NCBI GenBank assembly: GCA_946484195.1
Contig: CAMLSW010000003.1
Span: 1-46,806, forward strand
Direction: 5' to 3'
Origin: an uncultured Clostridia bacterium
GTDB taxonomy: Bacteria; Bacillota; Clostridia; Christensenellales; UBA1242
DNA length: 46,806 bases
Shown here piece by piece: positions 28,497-38,289 of the stretch. Each line of letters begins with the position of its first letter. Position 1 is the stretch's first letter. The translations under genes and the position numbers were made by a program. The notes beneath the pieces are model-generated. The model searched no databases. It was given only the letters and a program-made list of their open reading frames with translations, and was not told where the DNA came from.

Positions 28497-31400
28497 ATGA
28501 CTAAATCTAAATCTAAGACTAAAGGACTTTTTAAAGGAGTTGCACTTGGTTTTGCACTAGTTCTATGCAGCGCATTTTTCCCAGTAAACGCAATTGCACG
28601 CGCAGAGAGAAACTTTGTAGGCGAAACTGAGTCAAAAGAAAACACTCACAGAATTTCTGTAGACGGCGCAGTAGAGGAAAATGATAACTCGGCAACCGTA
28701 ATTAGAGGGGATGACTTCACAATTCCTCAAGGCGTTTATTATAATGGTACAAGCCCTGAAGGACACGTAATTGGTACAACAGTATCATCACCAATCACAG
28801 TATCTAAAGTAGATGTAATTTACAAAGGTACAAGCGAAAGAGTCATCGAGACAATTACTGGGCTTTCATCTTTTACCGACCAAACATTTACAGCAACTAG
28901 CAGAGGTACTTATATCATTCGCTACACTGTTATTGATAATGGCGTTGAATACACCTATGATTTTAACGTTCAATGTACAATATCTGAAGAGGTAAGCTTT
29001 GAGTTTAGAGGCAATGATGCAAACATCATACCATCACACTATGACAAGGCTTACGCAAATAGCAAAAACATTGTTCTTCCACTTCCTAACGTGAATGACG
29101 AAGATGGGGACACAGTTTTATCAAGCGAAACAAGTGAAAACTATGTGATTGACCTTGACAGCCGTCCAACATATACACCAGATGGTGAGAATTCATTTGT
29201 ATACATCAGCCTTACTGGTGGCAGTATGGATGAGGGCGGAAACTACAATGTTAAAATCAAGAAGAACGAAGATACTGGCGAGTTCTATATTGACGGAGCA
29301 GACCTTGCAAGCATTGATAGTGGTTCTGAGTTTACAATCACATACTATTTCTATGAGATAAGAGAGAACGGCAATATCTCATACATCAATTCAACAACAA
29401 GAACGTTTACAGTTCACGATGACTATTATCACACTACAAGCAATGGGGACGCAGGCTATACGCTTAATGCAAGTTTCTCAACAACACCACCAGACAGTGC
29501 AATTGTAGGTGTTGAGGTAGACCTTCCAACTGTAACTGGTACAACATCGGCAAGCAACTCTCCATCAAGTGAGGCTGTTGATGTATACTATTCACTTCAA
29601 GTTATGAAGATGGATGATAATGATAGATACACTATCGATGTTACAAGCGAAGTTTATGATGAGATTGAAAACACCTTCAAGGCAGTTGAGGAAGGCTCAT
29701 ATAGATTTATCTATACAGTAAAAGATTTCTATGGCAACACTGCAAGCACTTCAAGTACAACATTTACTATCACTAACGTAGAGGACACTCAGCAAGCTAC
29801 ACCTATTATGTATGATGCAGGTGAGGTAGAGCTTGACGAAGATGGAAACTATCTTGATATAAGCTACAAGCTTAAGTCTCAAACAGTTAATAGAAATATC
29901 ATTATGTACGCTATAACTGGTACAGACAATATGGTTGATGATGAAGATATCACCTTAAAGAGAGTTATCAGAGACGCAACTACTACAAGATTTGAAATTA
30001 CCGAGTACAACGACAAAAACCTTATCTTTGCGCCAGGTGTTGCAAGTGGGCAAGATAGCACTATGGCAAACATCTATACTCAGATTTTGGCTGACAACTT
30101 TGATATTTATAGACAAATGGCAATCGATAAACTTTCTAAAGATAGCATTGACCTTGATGACCCTAATGACATCAGAGATTGGCTCATTGAAAATAACTAT
30201 CTCATAGTTACTACAAACTGGAACCAAGACCCAACAGGTGCTAACATCTTAAATAAGGGTGATACTGGATACTCAACAACTGTTGGTGACCAAACAGCAA
30301 AAGATAAGATGGCAGAGAAAGGTTTTGCATTCCTTCAATCTACAAGCAGTGGCGGACAATATCCATTCTCAGCAAGAACATATTACTTTGACTACTATGC
30401 TGACGATAACACTGGCAACAATTCTGAAAGAAGAGAAGTTTATAGAATTATCACACAAGAGAGCGTAAGCGATACCGTAGCTCCAACTATTGATTTCTCT
30501 TCAGACCTTCAAACAGCTTATCTTCCAACAGATACAATCACATTTAACACTGCAACTGCAAGTGACACAATAGATAATTCAAACAGAACATCTAGCGTAA
30601 AAGTTGTTACTGCATATAGATTTTTAAATGGCGATAACACTCCAGTATCAAATGATAGCACTGGAACAACCAAGACATTACAATTTGTTGTAAATGATGA
30701 CGTTGTTACAAGCGGTGGAAGCCAAATAAGCTGGATAGAAGAGAGCAAGAACGCTACTACTGGTCTTGTAACAAGCGAGGGCTGGTTCTTTGACACTTCT
30801 CTTACTGAGTACTCAATCGATTTAAGAAATGCACCATCTGATGCAGAAACACTTGAAATTTTTGCATATGCCGTTGACGATTATGGCAATATTGCATTCT
30901 TCAGCAGAAAGATTACAATTGTAAACACTGCAGATGACGATATGCCTGTTCTTGTAAACGTTAAAAACGCACCTGATGCAACTGCAGAAGAACAAACATA
31001 CCTTGCAGGTGACAAAGAAGGAATAACTCTTCCTACACTCGAATATAAAGACTCTCGTCCTGAGTATATGAGCGCCGAGGTTACTATTTACAGAGTGACA
31101 ACTTCAGGTGATGGTGCTGATATGGTTACAACAAGAGAACTTGTTCAAGGCTCAAATATGTCCACTGACCCTGACACATACAGAGGAATGTTCACTGTAT
31201 ATGGTGGTAAGTTTACCGCTTCAGTTGGTGGAACATATCAAGTTATCGTAACTGTAACAGATGCAAGTAAACATACACTTTCAACATACTTCACATATTA
31301 TGTTGAGGAGTCTGGCGTAGTTGAAGACCCTGAAATTTCTAATATTACAAGTGAACCTGTTGATATTCAACAAAATGAACCATATTATCTTGAATCACCA

Positions 31401-32813
31401 AGACTTACAGTGAGTGAATCTGAACTCTTTGGTTACATTGGTCTTGATGAAACAGATGACTCAAACACATCAACATACTACACTGTTTCTGCAGTATCTG
31501 CAACACACAGTGATGGCTATGAGCTTACTCAAAACTGGTTTACTGGCGTTAGAAAGGGAACATACAAACTTCAATATACAGTATTCCTTATGAGATATAG
31601 AGCTGATAGATTACTTGAAGAGGGTATAAGTTCAGCAGAGGCAGGTATTTATCTTGAAGATGGCAAGCTTAAGTACAAAGAGGCAGGCGCATCATCAACC
31701 TCATACTATATCTACTTTGAGAGAAACTATGACGAAGAGGGTAACCTTGTTGGCTATACTCCTACTATGAACACATCTCTTGATGGTTCAGGCACTGCAT
31801 TAGTTGTACCAGAAGGTCAAACAATGCAAGAGGCAGTTGAAGAAAAGGTTGGTGACCTTGTAAAATTCTTCGCTCCTCAAAGCGAAATTCAAACTTTGAC
31901 TGTATCAGAAGTTGGTATCAATATCTATATTGACAGTAGCGCATATGAGAAGAATCAATATCCAACTATTAATGAAAGCAATCCAAACCTTGTAACAATT
32001 GTAAGACCAGAGATTGAAATAATTGGTAAGGGTGGCATAAACGAAGAGGACTCTCAAGTTATAATCAACTGCACATCTGATGGTTCAACCACACCAATAG
32101 CTACTATATCATTTGCTGAATGGGAAAGCGCAATCGCAGATAACTCTAACAACTTTGTTGTTGAAGGCGAAACTATAAAGCTTAAACTTATCAGAAATGG
32201 AACATACACAATCAGATATGAAGTTCAAGGCAGCGATGGTTACGCAAATGTTGGAGAGCCAAGAGTGCTTGAATATACGATATCGAATGGTGATGTTATT
32301 AAACCAACTGTAAAAATTTTAGATTTAGACAACATTGCAAAGGCAACATATAAGCCAGGAGAGACATTGGTTATTAACTTGTCTGAAGATGTACTTGATT
32401 TAAGAGATAATGTTACAACTAGCCGTGATGAGCTTATAAGCGAGCTTAACATAACAATAACAAACAATGATACAGGCAAAAGCGATACAATCGAAAACAA
32501 AGGTGAAGGCGAATTCATTTCGTATGAATATGAACTTGAAGAAGTTGGTAATTACACTGTATCAATAACTGTTACAGACCAAGCTGGCAACACAAGTGAG
32601 GCTGCAACATTCTCATTTGATGTTACTTCAGAAGGATCTGACCCTGTTGATGTACAAGAAGTTCTTGGCGGAATATTAATTGCACTTTCAGTTGCCGTTC
32701 TTGCAGGTGTTGTAGTTTACTTCGTTGTTTCTAAAGTTAAACTTGATAAACGTGCAAAAGGATATCAACAAGAGAACAAAAAACTAGACAAGAAAGACAA
32801 GCAAGATAAGTAA
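28497..32813 (+). CDS. Large acidic cell-surface protein with Ig-like repeats and C-terminal membrane anchor
   Basis: Signal peptide ending ARA; repeated G.Y.(I/F/V).(Y/V).V.D motifs; C-terminal TM helix plus Lys-rich tail; no LPxTG. Confidence 0.85.
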   Translation: MTKSKSKTKGLFKGVALGFALVLCSAFFPVNAIARAERNFVGETESKENTHRISVDGAVEENDNSATVIRGDDFTIPQGVYYNGTSPEGHVIGTTVSSPITVSKVDVIYKGTSERVIETITGLSSFTDQTFTATSRGTYIIRYTVIDNGVEYTYDFNVQCTISEEVSFEFRGNDANIIPSHYDKAYANSKNIVLPLPNVNDEDGDTVLSSETSENYVIDLDSRPTYTPDGENSFVYISLTGGSMDEGGNYNVKIKKNEDTGEFYIDGADLASIDSGSEFTITYYFYEIRENGNISYINSTTRTFTVHDDYYHTTSNGDAGYTLNASFSTTPPDSAIVGVEVDLPTVTGTTSASNSPSSEAVDVYYSLQVMKMDDNDRYTIDVTSEVYDEIENTFKAVEEGSYRFIYTVKDFYGNTASTSSTTFTITNVEDTQQATPIMYDAGEVELDEDGNYLDISYKLKSQTVNRNIIMYAITGTDNMVDDEDITLKRVIRDATTTRFEITEYNDKNLIFAPGVASGQDSTMANIYTQILADNFDIYRQMAIDKLSKDSIDLDDPNDIRDWLIENNYLIVTTNWNQDPTGANILNKGDTGYSTTVGDQTAKDKMAEKGFAFLQSTSSGGQYPFSARTYYFDYYADDNTGNNSERREVYRIITQESVSDTVAPTIDFSSDLQTAYLPTDTITFNTATASDTIDNSNRTSSVKVVTAYRFLNGDNTPVSNDSTGTTKTLQFVVNDDVVTSGGSQISWIEESKNATTGLVTSEGWFFDTSLTEYSIDLRNAPSDAETLEIFAYAVDDYGNIAFFSRKITIVNTADDDMPVLVNVKNAPDATAEEQTYLAGDKEGITLPTLEYKDSRPEYMSAEVTIYRVTTSGDGADMVTTRELVQGSNMSTDPDTYRGMFTVYGGKFTASVGGTYQVIVTVTDASKHTLSTYFTYYVEESGVVEDPEISNITSEPVDIQQNEPYYLESPRLTVSESELFGYIGLDETDDSNTSTYYTVSAVSATHSDGYELTQNWFTGVRKGTYKLQYTVFLMRYRADRLLEEGISSAEAGIYLEDGKLKYKEAGASSTSYYIYFERNYDEEGNLVGYTPTMNTSLDGSGTALVVPEGQTMQEAVEEKVGDLVKFFAPQSEIQTLTVSEVGINIYIDSSAYEKNQYPTINESNPNLVTIVRPEIEIIGKGGINEEDSQVIINCTSDGSTTPIATISFAEWESAIADNSNNFVVEGETIKLKLIRNGTYTIRYEVQGSDGYANVGEPRVLEYTISNGDVIKPTVKILDLDNIAKATYKPGETLVINLSEDVLDLRDNVTTSRDELISELNITITNNDTGKSDTIENKGEGEFISYEYELEEVGNYTVSITVTDQAGNTSEAATFSFDVTSEGSDPVDVQEVLGGILIALSVAVLAGVVVYFVVSKVKLDKRAKGYQQENKKLDKKDKQDK

Positions 32814-32825
32814 TTCGTATATTTT

Positions 32826-32862
32826 ACAAAAAACTCATTAATAATCTTAATGAGTTTTTTGT
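32826..32862 (+). terminator. Intrinsic terminator
   Basis: ACAAAAAACTCATTAA...TTAATGAGTTTTTTGT. Confidence 0.75.
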
Positions 32863-33046
32863 TTGTTTTTTTTAAAATTTTGACATTATAAAATTAATAT
32901 ATCAGCCTATTCATCTTGCCTTCAATAACTCAAGGATTATTTATAAAATTATTATTATACAAAATCATTTAAATCGCGATATTGTTTTTAGGAAAAATCA
33001 CAGGCGTAAATCTAAACAAGTAAAATAGATAAATTGGCTTTTTTGC

Positions 33047-33075
33047 TTGACAAAGTGTCATAGATATGATATATT
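33047..33075 (+). promoter_or_regulatory. sigmaA promoter of the rplU operon
   Basis: TTGACA-17 bp-TATATT with an extended TG. Confidence 0.7.
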
Positions 33076-33081
33076 ATTAAT

Positions 33082-33220
33082 CGTATCCGTATGCAAAAGG
33101 TTAAAAAGTCTATAAAAATTGTAAAAATTTATAAATAAAACAATTTTATTGCAAACGACTTTACTTTTATAAGGTTGACTTAAAGTTTGCATAGTAGCAC
33201 CTGTACAGCAACGAGATTGG
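33082..33220 (+). promoter_or_regulatory. L21-leader-like RNA
   Basis: 5' UTR of rplU with a TATGCAAA...TTTGCATA stem followed by GCACCTGTA...CGAG, resembling the L21 leader as recalled. Confidence 0.55.
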
Positions 33221-33239
33221 TTAGAGGAGGTAAATAAAT

Positions 33240-33548
33240 ATGTTCGCAGTAGTTCAAAGCGGTGGCAAACAATACAAGGTTAGCGAAAACGATGTTATCA
33301 GCGTTGAAAAACTTGACAATGCTGTAGGCGATAAGGTTAAGCTTGATGTATTGCTAATTAGTGATAACGGCAGTGTTGTTGCTGGTAGTCCTATAGTTCA
33401 AGGTGCTGTTTGTGAAGCTGAAGTTGTTGCTCACGGAAAGGGTGACAAGATTATAGTTTTCAAATACAAACCAAAAAAGAACGAAAGAAAGAAACAAGGC
33501 CATAGACAACCATTCACTCAATTAAAGATATTGTCAATTAAAAAATAG
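33240..33548 (+). CDS. rplU: 50S ribosomal protein L21
   Basis: SGGKQYKV and KKQGHRQPFT. Confidence 0.98.
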   Translation: MFAVVQSGGKQYKVSENDVISVEKLDNAVGDKVKLDVLLISDNGSVVAGSPIVQGAVCEAEVVAHGKGDKIIVFKYKPKKNERKKQGHRQPFTQLKILSIKK

Positions 33549-33555
33549 GTTTTTT

Positions 33556-33876
33556 ATGACAAAGATTACTTTTTATAAAAAAAATAATTTGATTTTAGGG
33601 TTTGAGGTAAGTGGTCACACAGGCAAAGATGATTATGGTAAAGATTTACTATGTTGCCAAATCTCGACTGTTGCTCAAATGGCAGTTTTAAGTGTAAAAG
33701 AGATTTTAAAAATAGATGCCTTTTGTGAAATAATAGATGGTTATTTAAAAGTGATGGTCAACAAAAATGTCGAAAATGAAAAATTGCAATTTTTGTTTGA
33801 AACTTGCTTAAAATCTTTTAAATCTATTATCATTGATGAAAAAAAATATGCAAAATTGGAGGTAAAAAATGTTTAA
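33556..33876 (+). CDS. prp: Ribosome-processing cysteine protease Prp
   Basis: SGH...GKDLLC catalytic motif; located between rplU and rpmA. Confidence 0.9.
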   Translation: MTKITFYKKNNLILGFEVSGHTGKDDYGKDLLCCQISTVAQMAVLSVKEILKIDAFCEIIDGYLKVMVNKNVENEKLQFLFETCLKSFKSIIIDEKKYAKLEVKNV

Positions 33877-34144
33877 GTTTAATGCTCAACTTTTTGCTCA
33901 TAAAAAGGGTGGTGGTAGCACTAAAAATGGCCGTGATTCTCAAAGCAAAAGACTTGGTGTCAAGGCTTATGGTGGTGAGGCTGTTACTGCTGGCTCAATT
34001 ATTGTAAGGCAAAGAGGTACAAAAATTTACCCAGGACAAAATGTTGGAATGGGAAAAGATTACACTTTATATGCTCTCTGCGATGGAGTTGTAAAGTTTG
34101 GACAAAGCAACGCTAAAAAAACTGTTTCAGTAGTTGCTGATTAA
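33869..34144 (+). CDS. rpmA: 50S ribosomal protein L27
   Basis: Prp-cleaved extension [13 protein letters not shown] and IIVRQRG. Confidence 0.98.
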   Translation: MFKFNAQLFAHKKGGGSTKNGRDSQSKRLGVKAYGGEAVTAGSIIVRQRGTKIYPGQNVGMGKDYTLYALCDGVVKFGQSNAKKTVSVVAD

Positions 34145-34152
34145 ATATGATT

Positions 34153-34179
34153 AAAATAACCTTTCGAGGTTATTTTTTT
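34153..34179 (+). terminator. Intrinsic terminator
   Basis: AAAATAACCT-TTCG-AGGTTATTTT plus T-run. Confidence 0.8.
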
Positions 34180-34475
34180 ATGCAAATTTTTAGGCATTAT
34201 TGTAAAAAATTTTTTATTAATAAATTTATTTGTGTTTGAGTATTAGATAAAAAATGCAAAGCTTATAACTTTTCTTAATTTGACTTTTAACTTTATCAAA
34301 TTATTGTGCAAAAATATTAAAATTTATCAAATTTAACAATATAGTTGATATCAAAATTTAATTATCAATACAAATCGGACATTTATTTTATTTAACATTA
34401 TGGATAAATCTCTAGTCTTTTTGTGTTTTTCAATAAAATTGTCATTTTTTGTAGAAGAAGGGCATAGTTTATCTT

Positions 34476-34763
34476 GTGGAAAGTACATTTATTGAATTAA
34501 GGTGTAAAGAAGTTGTCAATGTCCTAGATGGTCGTAGGCTTGGGCATATTATTGATATGGTGTTTGACCTAGGCTCTGCAAGAGTGCTTGGCTTCATTGT
34601 TCCGGGCGAAAAAACAGGCTGGAATTTTTTAAAGAATTCAAATCAATTGTTTATTCCCTATGGTTGTGTGGTAAGAATAGGTGAAGACACCATTTTAGTG
34701 GAATTGCCAGCGCAAGGCGTTCCAACAAATCCCTATATTTTATCGTCATCTGATAAGAAATAA
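34476..34763 (+). CDS. ylmC: YlmC/YmxH PRC-barrel sporulation protein
   Basis: ELRCKEVVNVLDGRRLG...IP...VVRIGEDTILV. Confidence 0.88.
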   Translation: MESTFIELRCKEVVNVLDGRRLGHIIDMVFDLGSARVLGFIVPGEKTGWNFLKNSNQLFIPYGCVVRIGEDTILVELPAQGVPTNPYILSSSDKK

Positions 34764-34942
34764 GTTTATCATATTAGTAAGATTAATTTATTGTAAATCA
34801 TATTAAAATGATGCAATTTGTTGGGGGCTATTGTTGTTTTTATTGCGTATTTTGAAATTATAAAAAAGTCATACAAAATTAATTGTATGGCTCTTATTTT
34901 TTAGTGTAAAATAAAAAATCTATTTAAAATTATATTTTAATG

Positions 34943-35380
34943 TTAAATTGTCTCAAAAAAGTTTTTAAAGTCCTCTACATTTTGAAAATCTTTAAATACA
35001 GAAGCGTATCTAATATAGGCAACTTCGTCAAGGTCTTTTAATGCTTTTAAAACCATTTCACCGATGGTTGACGCCTTTACCTCTTGCAGATTTCTGTTTT
35101 GCACGGTAAGCTCAATATCATCAATAATCTTTTTAATATCCTCTTCACTTACTGGTCGTTTGGCGCAGGCTTTTGCAATGCCGTCTTTAAGTTTAGAGCT
35201 ATCATAATTTTGCCTTGAGCCATCCTTTTTGATAACTAAAAAAGGTATTTTTTCTATAATTTCATATGTCGTAAACCTTCGACCGCAATTGTTACATTCT
35301 CTTCTGCGTCTTATAGTATCGTCAAAATTTCTTGAGTCCAAAACCTTATTATCTTCGCTCCCGCAAAATATACATTTCAT
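34943..35380 (-). CDS. nrdR: Transcriptional repressor NrdR
   Basis: MKCIFC, VLDSR, IRRRRECNNCGRRFTTYE, ATP cone and VAYIRYASV; ATG 35380 after AAGGAG. Confidence 0.96.
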   Translation of the reverse strand: MKCIFCGSEDNKVLDSRNFDDTIRRRRECNNCGRRFTTYEIIEKIPFLVIKKDGSRQNYDSSKLKDGIAKACAKRPVSEEDIKKIIDDIELTVQNRNLQEVKASTIGEMVLKALKDLDEVAYIRYASVFKDFQNVEDFKNFFETI

Positions 35381-35478
35381 AACTATCTCCTTAATATATT
35401 TTAACACATTTTTATGGTCTTTTCAAATACTTTTCAAAAAAAGTCATATAACGACAAAAAATTAAATAAATTTATACT

Positions 35479-35706
35479 ATGTTACCATTGTCAAAATGTA
35501 AATTAGGTGGCACCTATACAATTTCTGATATAAAGGGGTTGTCATTATCTATAACGCGCAGGCTTTACGAGCTAGGGCTTTTGTCGGGGCAAAAGTTAAA
35601 ATTTGCGCGTAGGTCCTTGCTTGGCAGGGCATTTTTGATAGAGATTAGAGGCTACACCCTTTCACTGAGAAGCAATATAGCTAGCTCTATATTTGTGGAA
35701 GGATAA
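35479..35706 (+). CDS. feoA: Ferrous iron transport protein A
   Basis: RRLYELGL..G and IRGYTLSLR; upstream of feoB. Confidence 0.9.
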   Translation: MLPLSKCKLGGTYTISDIKGLSLSITRRLYELGLLSGQKLKFARRSLLGRAFLIEIRGYTLSLRSNIASSIFVEG

Positions 35707-35785
35707 AAAGCGTTAAAATATAACAATAGAGATATATTAATTAGTATTAAACTATAGATTGAAAGTTTTGTAAAAAAGGGAATTT

Positions 35786-37924
35786 ATGATACAAGCCAAT
35801 TTAGTTGGAAATCCAAACACCGGCAAAACGACTTTGTATAACACACTCAGTCATTCTCACGAGCACGTAGGAAATTGGCACGGGGTGACAGTTGAGGAAA
35901 AGACGATTAGCTATAAATACAAAAATAGCGATATCGCAATTACAGACTTGCCGGGAATTTACTCATTATCAGCTTTAAGTTTTGAAGAAAAAGTCGCCAC
36001 TGACTTTATTTTTTCGCATAATAAACGTATTTTTATAAATATTTGTGATGCCAGCAACCTGCAACGCAATCTATATTTGACGCTTTCTCTTATGGAACTT
36101 AACGTCCCTATTATTTTGATTGTAAATCAGATAGATAAGCGTAAGATTTGTAATATTGACTATGAAGGGCTTAGCAAGGCGCTCAATGTCAAGATTGTCT
36201 ATATAAGTGCAAGTGATAAAAGTTGCAAGCAAAAAATTAGTGATGCGATTATTGAACTTGACGGGCAGTTATCAAATGGCTTTTTGCCACATTATAACCT
36301 TGATTATAAGGATAAGCTTATTAGAGAAAATAATAGTAAATTAAGCAAATTCGACAAAAAAATCAAAGAAAAAGCCAAAAATAATAGCAATTTGGAAGAT
36401 TTTATAATAATAAAACTGCTTGAGGACGATGGCGATGTTAAGAAAAAACTTGATATTGCTGAAGATTTTAATGGCGCAAAGCAAGTCGCTCAGGCAAGGT
36501 ATGATTTTATTGATTTGTTGATGTCAAAGTTTTCATCAAAAAGGGAAAGGGTCTACGGACATAGCGTCCTTGACAAAATTTTTTTAAATAAATTTCTAGC
36601 GTTACCGATTTTCTTATTGCTACTTTTTGCTTGCTTTTATTTAACATTTTTCTCATTAGGCGCATTTTTGAGTGATGGGCTGGGTTTTTTGCTTGAAAGA
36701 TTTATTGGAAGTCCTATTATATCTTTTTTGACTAGTAACTTTGGCGAAGAGAGCTGGGTTGTAAGTCTATTTGAAAATGCGGTGATTGGCGGTGTTGGGT
36801 CAATCTTGACATTTCTGCCACAAGTTGCACTACTATTCTTTTTTCTATCACTGCTTGAAGACAGTGGCTATCTAGCACGGGTTGCTTTTGTATTTGAAGA
36901 TGTGCTGGGCAAAGTTGGCTTGTCAGGCAAAAGTGTCTATACACTCCTGATGGGCTTTGGCTGCTCGACCACCGCAGTTTTAACCGCCCGCAATATGGAA
37001 GATAAAAATTCTAAAATCAAGACCGGACTTTTAACGCCATATATGAGTTGTTCGGCTAAGTTTCCTATCTATGCAGTGCTTGGCGGGGCTTTCTTTGGGG
37101 CAAACAATATATTTGTAATATGCGGTTTATATCTTTTGGGTGTTGTCATTGCTGTGGCTTTATCCTATATATTAGACAAGACCTTTTTGAAAAGCAAAGA
37201 GCAATCTTTTATTTTAGAGTTTCCGCCTTATAGGAGTATGAGTATAAAGCGCTCGCTTTCAGTTCTATGGATAAACGTAAAGATGTTTGTGTCAAGGGTT
37301 GCGACACTAATTCTTGCGATGAATATTGTCGTTTGGTTTATGTCAAACTTTACGATTACTTTTAAGTTTGTCGGCAATGGTGGTGCAAGTATTCTTGAGA
37401 CTTTTGGCAGAATTTTAGCACCTATATTCTCGCCGCTTGGTTTTGGCAATTGGGGGATTGTGTCAGCCTTGATTGCCGGGCTGGTGGCTAAGGAGATAAT
37501 TCTTTCCTCAATTGCTATGTTTAACGGCATCGAGGCTAGCTCGGTGAACGCTATTCAATCGTCAATTATCCTATCAACATCTGCCGTATATTTTGCAAGC
37601 AAAAGCGCTGTTGTGTCATTTTTAGTTTTTTGCTTGTTGTATTTTCCGTGCGTTTCAACATTTTCTGTTCTATTAAAGGAAATAGGTAAAAAGTGGACAT
37701 TTATAGGAGTTTTAATTGAATTTATAATCGCATATTTGACCGCCTTCATTATTTACTCGGTAGGTAGATGCTTTGAAGTGTTTGGCTTTGTGCGAGTTTT
37801 TGTAGTGCTTTTAGCTATTGTACTGATAATACTTTCAGTCTTTGTGATTTATAGAAAGATTAAAAATAGAAAAACTTGTCCGTATGAAAGTAGTTGCGGG
37901 GGGTGCAAGCGGGGCAGAAAGTGA
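35786..37924 (+). CDS. feoB: Ferrous iron transport protein B
   Basis: GNPNTGKT, VGNWHGVTVE, DLPGIYSL, LEDSGYLAR, MSCSAK and LLYFPC. Confidence 0.96.
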   Translation: MIQANLVGNPNTGKTTLYNTLSHSHEHVGNWHGVTVEEKTISYKYKNSDIAITDLPGIYSLSALSFEEKVATDFIFSHNKRIFINICDASNLQRNLYLTLSLMELNVPIILIVNQIDKRKICNIDYEGLSKALNVKIVYISASDKSCKQKISDAIIELDGQLSNGFLPHYNLDYKDKLIRENNSKLSKFDKKIKEKAKNNSNLEDFIIIKLLEDDGDVKKKLDIAEDFNGAKQVAQARYDFIDLLMSKFSSKRERVYGHSVLDKIFLNKFLALPIFLLLLFACFYLTFFSLGAFLSDGLGFLLERFIGSPIISFLTSNFGEESWVVSLFENAVIGGVGSILTFLPQVALLFFFLSLLEDSGYLARVAFVFEDVLGKVGLSGKSVYTLLMGFGCSTTAVLTARNMEDKNSKIKTGLLTPYMSCSAKFPIYAVLGGAFFGANNIFVICGLYLLGVVIAVALSYILDKTFLKSKEQSFILEFPPYRSMSIKRSLSVLWINVKMFVSRVATLILAMNIVVWFMSNFTITFKFVGNGGASILETFGRILAPIFSPLGFGNWGIVSALIAGLVAKEIILSSIAMFNGIEASSVNAIQSSIILSTSAVYFASKSAVVSFLVFCLLYFPCVSTFSVLLKEIGKKWTFIGVLIEFIIAYLTAFIIYSVGRCFEVFGFVRVFVVLLAIVLIILSVFVIYRKIKNRKTCPYESSCGGCKRGRK

Positions 37925-37998
37925 GCGTATGCTCACTTCCAATCGTTTGCAAGTAAGCAAACGATAAAAACGCGTACCGCGTTTTGCCCCGCTTGCAC
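37903..37998. other. Cloverleaf palindromic element overlapping the feoB stop
   Basis: 14-bp outer stem enclosing three perfect 8-9 bp hairpins. Confidence 0.8.
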
Positions 37999-38147
37999 AC
38001 ACTATGCAAACAAGTATAGGCTAATAACTACATTCACAATAAAATTTATAATAAAAATTTACAGACTAAAGTCATTATTTAAGGCAAATCTTTATTTATT
38101 ACATTCAATATAGTGACAAAAAGGTGATTTTGTGAATAAACTTTAAT

Positions 38148-38243
38148 ATGGAAAAGCAGAAAGAAAACACGAAATATAGGATAATATGTATTAAGGCGCC
38201 TAAGTGGCTAAGCTTTTTTCTAAGAAAAATTCTTAAACCTTAA
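38148..38243 (+). CDS. spoVM: SpoVM-like small amphipathic peptide (31 aa, below the ORF-track cutoff)
   Basis: MEKQKENTKYRIICIKAPKWLSFFLRKILKP matches the SpoVM pattern (I/V)..IK.PK(F/W)L...(L/I)(R/K). Confidence 0.7.
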   Translation: MEKQKENTKYRIICIKAPKWLSFFLRKILKP

Positions 38244-38289
38244 TTTTAAAAATCAAAAATCAAACATACTATTATACTCTTGGTTTATC

